A stretch of 44,324 nt of DNA from NCBI GenBank assembly GCA_041303755.1, contig JBFYON010000035.1:1-44324 (forward strand). Direction: 5' to 3'. The stretch's first letter is position 1; every line of letters starts with the position of its first letter. The translations under genes were made by a program, and so were the position numbers. This DNA is from Micrococcales bacterium. GTDB taxonomy: Bacteria > Actinomycetota > Actinomycetes > Actinomycetales > Microbacteriaceae. Shown here in pieces: positions 39,372 to 44,324 of this stretch. Under the pieces are notes generated by a model. The model ran no database searches. It saw only the letters and a list, made by a program, of their open reading frames with translations, and was not told where the DNA came from.

Positions 39372-39668
39372 CTACTCCTCGTCCAGAATTGCGTGTACGC
39401 GGAATCTGCCATCAGCGCTGTCAGGAGCGGCAGATAGGGCCTGTTCCTGGGTCAATGAAGCCTCAACCACGTCTTCTCGATAGACGTTAGCCATCGGAAT
39501 TGGGTGGCTCGTAGCAGGCACATCGCCGGCGACTGCGGCCTTAACGGTGGCCATCGAATCAACGATGAGACCCAATTGGCCGGCGAAAAGCTCGACTTCT
39601 TGGTCTGTTACGTCAATACGGGCCAAATTGGCCAGGTGCCTAACTAGATCGGGGGTAATTTCAGACAT
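39372..39668 (-). CDS. gatC: Asp/Glu-tRNA amidotransferase subunit C
   Basis: MSEIT...[10 protein letters not shown]...TSHP...NVYRED...AP...F.V..IL; start set at ATG 39668. Confidence 0.92.
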   Translation of the reverse strand: MSEITPDLVRHLANLARIDVTDQEVELFAGQLGLIVDSMATVKAAVAGDVPATSHPIPMANVYREDVVEASLTQEQALSAAPDSADGRFRVHAILDEE

Positions 39669-39863
39669 AGATCCACTCGCTGGGAATAGGTGATTGGCTA
39701 TAAGCCTACCAAACGGCCAAATGTGGAGTTCCCCGAACAAACGCGCTAGAGGCCAAGATTTTCGGGGAAAACCCCCTATTTTGCCTGTAAACTCAGACAA
39801 GCAAACTAAGCGTCCAGCACCAAGGACGTTATCCGCTACCCCTTAGCAGTAAAGGCCAATATT

Positions 39864-40922
39864 TTGGAAAACGAACAGTTCACGATTGCATTCCGTGGCT
39901 ACGAAAAGGACGAGGTTGACCGCGTTCTTGGTGAGCTTCGTGCAGAACTAGAGCACGTTCGCGAATACAACTTCAGCGCCTCAAGCGAAGTTGAGAATCT
40001 CAAATCAGAGCTTGACTCACTAAAGTCTCAGGTTAAAAAAGGTGGCGCCCCAGGATATGCCGAACTGGGAGCACAGTTTGAACAGACACTTCGTTTGGCA
40101 GAAGAGCAGGCAAAGAAGCTTGTTTCTGATGCTGGTCAAGATGCCATCAGAATTCGCGAAACTGCAAAAGCAGAAAGCGAGCAACTTACTCGTAAGGCTC
40201 AGGCAAAAGCAGACCGCGTAATCGCGGACGCTGAGGCAAAACTAAATGAAGCTCGCATTGACGCAGAGCGCCTGGCAGCAGAAATTCTAAGCAGCGCTAA
40301 GACTCGTGAGTCTGAAGCAGCTGAAAAGATTGGTACCGCTCAGCGTGAAGCTGCGGCAATCAAGTCTGAAGGTGAGCGCTACGCTGCAGAACTTCGCGCA
40401 CAGGTGCACCGTGAAACTGAAGAAGCTCGTGCCCTTGCCACTGAACTTTCACAGAAGACTGCGCAAGCTCGTGTTGAACTAGAAGCAGAAATTAAGGCTA
40501 AGCGAGATGAAACAGAGCAGGAAGCGCTGCGTCTTTACCAGAACGCAGTTTCTCAGGCTCAGCAGGTCACCGATGAGGCAAACGCAACCCTTTCAGAAGC
40601 TTCTGCAAGAGCCGCTCAACTAATCTCTGAGGCAGACACCATCATGCGCGATGCGCACGAGAACTCCACTCAGCAACTTGAGGACGCTAACCGAACTGCC
40701 ACGAATTTGATTAACCAGTCTCGTCGCCGAGCAGACATGCTGAGCCGCAAGGCAGAAGGCTTTGCAGCTAACGCGATCAAGGAAAGCGAAGATCGCCTAA
40801 ACCGCATGAAGTCTGAGCGCACCGACATTGAGGAATTCCTTGGCACATTGAGAAACTTGATGACCACAGAGTCAATGGTTGCTGCCGATGAAAACACTGC
40901 TGTGGAGCAGCTAGAAGACTAA
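39864..40922 (+). CDS. DivIVA-domain coiled-coil protein
   Basis: N-terminal F...FRGYEKDEVD DivIVA motif followed by a long Ala/Glu-rich coiled coil (LRLAEEQA). Confidence 0.8.
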   Translation: MENEQFTIAFRGYEKDEVDRVLGELRAELEHVREYNFSASSEVENLKSELDSLKSQVKKGGAPGYAELGAQFEQTLRLAEEQAKKLVSDAGQDAIRIRETAKAESEQLTRKAQAKADRVIADAEAKLNEARIDAERLAAEILSSAKTRESEAAEKIGTAQREAAAIKSEGERYAAELRAQVHRETEEARALATELSQKTAQARVELEAEIKAKRDETEQEALRLYQNAVSQAQQVTDEANATLSEASARAAQLISEADTIMRDAHENSTQQLEDANRTATNLINQSRRRADMLSRKAEGFAANAIKESEDRLNRMKSERTDIEEFLGTLRNLMTTESMVAADENTAVEQLED

Positions 40923-40938
40923 TTCAACTTAAATAAAT

Positions 40939-40970
40939 AATCCTCGAGAATAAATTTCTCGAGGATTTTT
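40939..40970. terminator. Terminator between the convergent DivIVA-like gene and ligA
   Basis: 12-bp stem AATCCTCGAGAA/TTCTCGAGGATT with a T tail. Confidence 0.8.
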
Positions 40971-40989
40971 ATTTGCCCTAACTTTTTGG

Positions 40990-44206
<3,217 letters not shown>

Positions 44207-44210
<4 letters not shown>

Positions 44211-44227
44211 GCTGCGAAAACCTTCAT
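44207..44227 (-). CDS. Candidate leaderless micro-ORF MKVFAA overlapping the mnmA start
   Basis: TAGACT (44239-44234), 6 nt, then ATG AAG GTT TTC GCA GCA TGA; the TGA overlaps the mnmA ATG (ATGA). Confidence 0.4.
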
Positions 44228-44270
44228 CATGCAAGTCTAACTTTGGGTTATCAAATTAAATTGAGGTCAA

Positions 44271-44324
44271 CTATTTAGACGGAAGCCCGGCTTTGAGGGC
44301 CCCCTGGTAGGCCGAAGGGAAGGC
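44271..44324 (-). CDS. 3' end of an upstream gene (possibly a cysteine desulfurase)
   Basis: Open frame ...AFPSAYQGALKAGLPSK* entering from the window edge. Identity is inferred only from the common desulfurase-mnmA synteny. Confidence 0.35.
   Translation of the reverse strand, partial: AFPSAYQGALKAGLPSK

Overview
Densely packed, streamlined chromosomal segment of an actinobacterium. Gene content, gene order and a by-eye GC near 50% suggest a small-genome freshwater Microbacteriaceae such as Rhodoluna or Aquiluna; this is an inference, not a database match. Most of it is housekeeping: clpX (partial), clpP2, clpP1, tig, tRNA-Pro and tRNA-Gly, nei, rpiB, a CPA2 antiporter, pepN, a short MscS, a truncated globin, tesB, a class III aminotransferase, ettA, an ssb paralog, msrA, an EamA transporter and trxA. 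Then come a group II decarboxylase with aguB and aguA, ald with an Lrp regulator, gpx and argG. An accessory patch beside tRNA-Arg(UCU) holds an SDR remnant, yqhA, a heliorhodopsin, an alpha/beta hydrolase and a one-gene islet bounded by a 28-bp tRNA repeat. The rest is a CrtEb-like prenyltransferase with a CrtI-family desaturase, DoxX, TerC/Alx, YjdM, an RND transporter, orn, tRNA-His, gatCAB, a DivIVA-domain protein, ligA and mnmA. I saw no CRISPR array, integrase or transposase. Best leads: (1) a structured ssb-ettA spacer with mutually exclusive helices that could mask the ettA ribosome-binding region; (2) the tRNA-bracketed SnoaL mini-cassette; (3) a group II decarboxylase placed where an arginine decarboxylase would be expected; (4) a leaderless micro-ORF that copies the MnmA N-terminus; (5) a heliorhodopsin near carotenoid-type genes. 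All RNA structures were paired by eye, and no searches were run.
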